A stretch of 63,153 nt of DNA, counting the filler, from Octopus bimaculoides (lineage: Eukaryota), in NCBI RefSeq assembly GCF_001194135.2. It is 6 parts of 5 records of this genome, joined end to end, with 100 filler letters (N's around TTAATTAATTAA, not from the genome) between each part and the next. Parts side by side here need not be neighbours in the genome. Positions count along the whole stretch, not along the records: positions 60,053 to 63,153 come from NC_068983.1; 5 more parts are not named here. One strand, 5' to 3'. Both the position numbers and the translations under genes were made by a program. This document shows positions 61,093-63,153 of this stretch, one piece after another. The notes below the pieces were generated by a model that had not been told where the DNA came from, made no database searches, and saw only the letters and a program-made list of their open reading frames with translations. The stretch's first letter is position 1; every line of letters starts with the position of its first letter.

Positions 61093-61234
61093 CTACTTGG
61101 GTAGTAATCCATTTCCCAGTTTAGCACCATTGTCTGGCTCCTTGCATGACTCCAGTAGAGTTCACACAGTTGCAAGCATTTTGGGTCCAATCTTAGGTTT
61201 GAGTATACCTTCCTCCCTCCTCCTTATATCAGAT
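61093..61234 (-). other. Candidate exon (5' UTR or first coding) upstream of the His-rich exon
   Basis: Acceptor CATTACATTTCACAG with a long poly-U tract just upstream (61271-61316), donor TAG|GTAATG; no frame is open end to end. Confidence 0.3.
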
Positions 61235-61268
61235 CTGTGAAATGTAATGAACTCTAACTTCTCTCCTG

Positions 61269-61317
<49 letters not shown>

Positions 61318-61642
61318 AAGAAAAAAATTTGAATGCAGAACATGGAACATAAAGAAATTAAACAACTCTGTCAACTCTTAAATCAAACTGTTATGCTGCA
61401 CTGACAGAAATATTTGTGACCTCAGTAGTTATTAAGTTACATGGATAGGCCATGGATATGGATTATCAGTGTTGAAGTATTAGGTGTTAGTCTGAAGTAT
61501 TTTCTGGGCAACACCCAAATATTTTTGTTTGTGCTATAGAATTTCAATATTATATAACTCTATGCAACAATAATCTTTTTATTATAAACATAAAATAAAG
61601 TGAATTAGATAAAACATACATACATACATACGTCTGTCTGTC

Positions 61643-61687
<45 letters not shown>

Positions 61688-62463
61688 GTGTATGCAATTA
61701 CATTCATGCACTCCTGTATGCATGTATATATATNNNNNNNNNNNNNNNNNNNNNNNNNNNNNNNNNNNNNNNNNNNNNNNNNNNNNNNNNNNNNNNNNNN
61801 NNNNNNNNNNNNNNNNNNNNNNNNNNNNNNNNNNNNNNNNNNNNNNNNNNNNNNNNNNNNNNNNNNNNNNNNNNNNNNNNNNNNNNNNNNNNNNNNNNNN
61901 NNNNNNNNNNNNNNNNNNNNNNNNNNNNNNNNNNNNNNNNNNNNNNNNNNNNNNNNNNNNNNNNNNNNNNNNNNNNNNNNNNNNNNNNNNNNNNNNNNNN
62001 NNNNNNNNNNNNNNNNNNNNNNNNNNNNNNNNNNNNNNNNNNNNNNNNNNNNNNNNNNNNNNNNNNNNNNNNNNNNNNNNNNNNNNNNNNNNNNNNNNNN
62101 NNNNNNNNNNNNNNNNNNNNNNNNNNNNNNNNNNNNNNNNNNNNNNNNNNNNNNNNNNNNNNNNNNNNNNNNNNNNNNNNNNNNNNNNNNNNNNNNNNNN
62201 NNNNNNNNNNNNNNNNNNNNNNNNNNNNNNNNNNNNNNNNNNNNNNNNNNNNNNNNNNNNNNNNNNNNNNNNNNNNNNNNNNNNNNNNNNNNNNNNNNNN
62301 NNNNNNNNNNNNNNNNNNNNNNNNNNNNNNNNNNNNNNNNNNNNNNNNNNNNNNNNNNNNNNNNNNNNNNNNNNNNNNNNNNNNNNNNNNNNNNNNNNNN
62401 NNNNNNNNNNNNNNNNNNNNNNNNNNNNNNNNNNNNNNNNNNNNNNNNNNNNNNNNNNNNNNN

Positions 62464-63153
62464 GCTCCAACAGGTCTTTGCAAGTAGAGTTTAGTGTCCA
62501 ATGAAGGAAGGTTGGCATGGGTGCCAGTCGTCGAATTTGGTTTGATTTTGATTTCAATTTCACTTGCCTCAACAGGTCTTTGCAAGCAGGGATTTGTGTC
62601 CAAAGAAGGAAAGGTACACATAAGTGGGCTGGCCCTGGTAAAGGCCACGGGTTATGGTCTCACTTGGCTTGCTGGGTCTTCTCATGCACAGCATATTTCC
62701 AAAGGTCTCGGCCACTAGTCATTGCCTCGGTGAGGCCTAATGTTCAAAGGTCGTGCTTCACCACTTCATCCCAGGTTTTCCTGGATCTACCTCTTCCACA
62801 GGTACTCTCAACCACTAGGCTGTGGCACTTTTTCCACACAGCTATCCTCATCCATTCTCACCAAATGACCATACCAGCGCAATCATCTCTCTTGCACATC
62901 ACAACTGATGCTTCTTAGGTCCAACTTTTCTCTCAAGGTACTAACACTCTGTCGAGTATGCACACTGACATTACACATCCATCGGAGCATACTGGCTTCG
63001 TTTCTTGCGAGCTTACACATGTCCTCAGCAGTCATGGCCCGTGTTTCAATGCCATGTAGCATGGCTGTTCGTACACATGCGTCATACAGTCTACCTTTTA
63101 CTCTGAGCGAGAGGCCCTTTGTCACTAGCAGAGGTAAGAGCTCTCTGAACTTT
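62464..63153 (-). mobile_element. RTE-clade LINE 3' part
   Basis: GLSLRVKGRLYDACVRTAMLHG..T...EDMCKLARNEASMLRWMCNV...LREKL...ERRLRWYGHLVRM...GRGRSRKTW, the RTE ORF tail; 3' UTR has an internal duplication. Confidence 0.92.

Overview
Eukaryotic, AT-rich, gap-ridden draft-assembly sequence dominated by microsatellites and decayed transposons. The SINE families, the (TACA)n/(CA)n density and the TTAATTAATTAA spacers inside N-gaps suggest an octopus genome, probably Octopus bimaculoides; this is inferred from recalled repeat families, not from a search. No complete gene can be reconstructed. The best host-gene evidence is a 282-nt His/Ala/Pro-rich internal exon on the minus strand (59214-59495). 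Weaker candidates are a promoter with an ATG-GAA micro first exon at about 12.7 kb, a 47-nt exon at 3.8 kb and a few other exons. Recognisable mobile DNA includes a Buster/Charlie hAT relic, mariner and Tc1 relics, a pogo/Tigger MITE, fold-back MITEs, a Helitron with both termini and a helicase tail, Helentron-like pieces, LINEs (R4/Dong-like RLE, Tx1, CR1/L2-like, RTE), Penelope-like GIY-YIG elements and at least four tRNA-derived SINE families. Three observations stand out: (1) minimal type I hammerhead ribozyme motifs from several unrelated repeat families, one nearly intact at 49267-49307; (2) an R4/Dong-like LINE family that appears to insert into (TACA)n microsatellites; (3) a young, long inverted repeat at 33.3-34.2 kb able to form extended dsRNA. 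Most listed ORFs are artefacts of simple repeats or N-gaps. Repeat boundaries were read by eye and are approximate unless a TIR or TSD is given.
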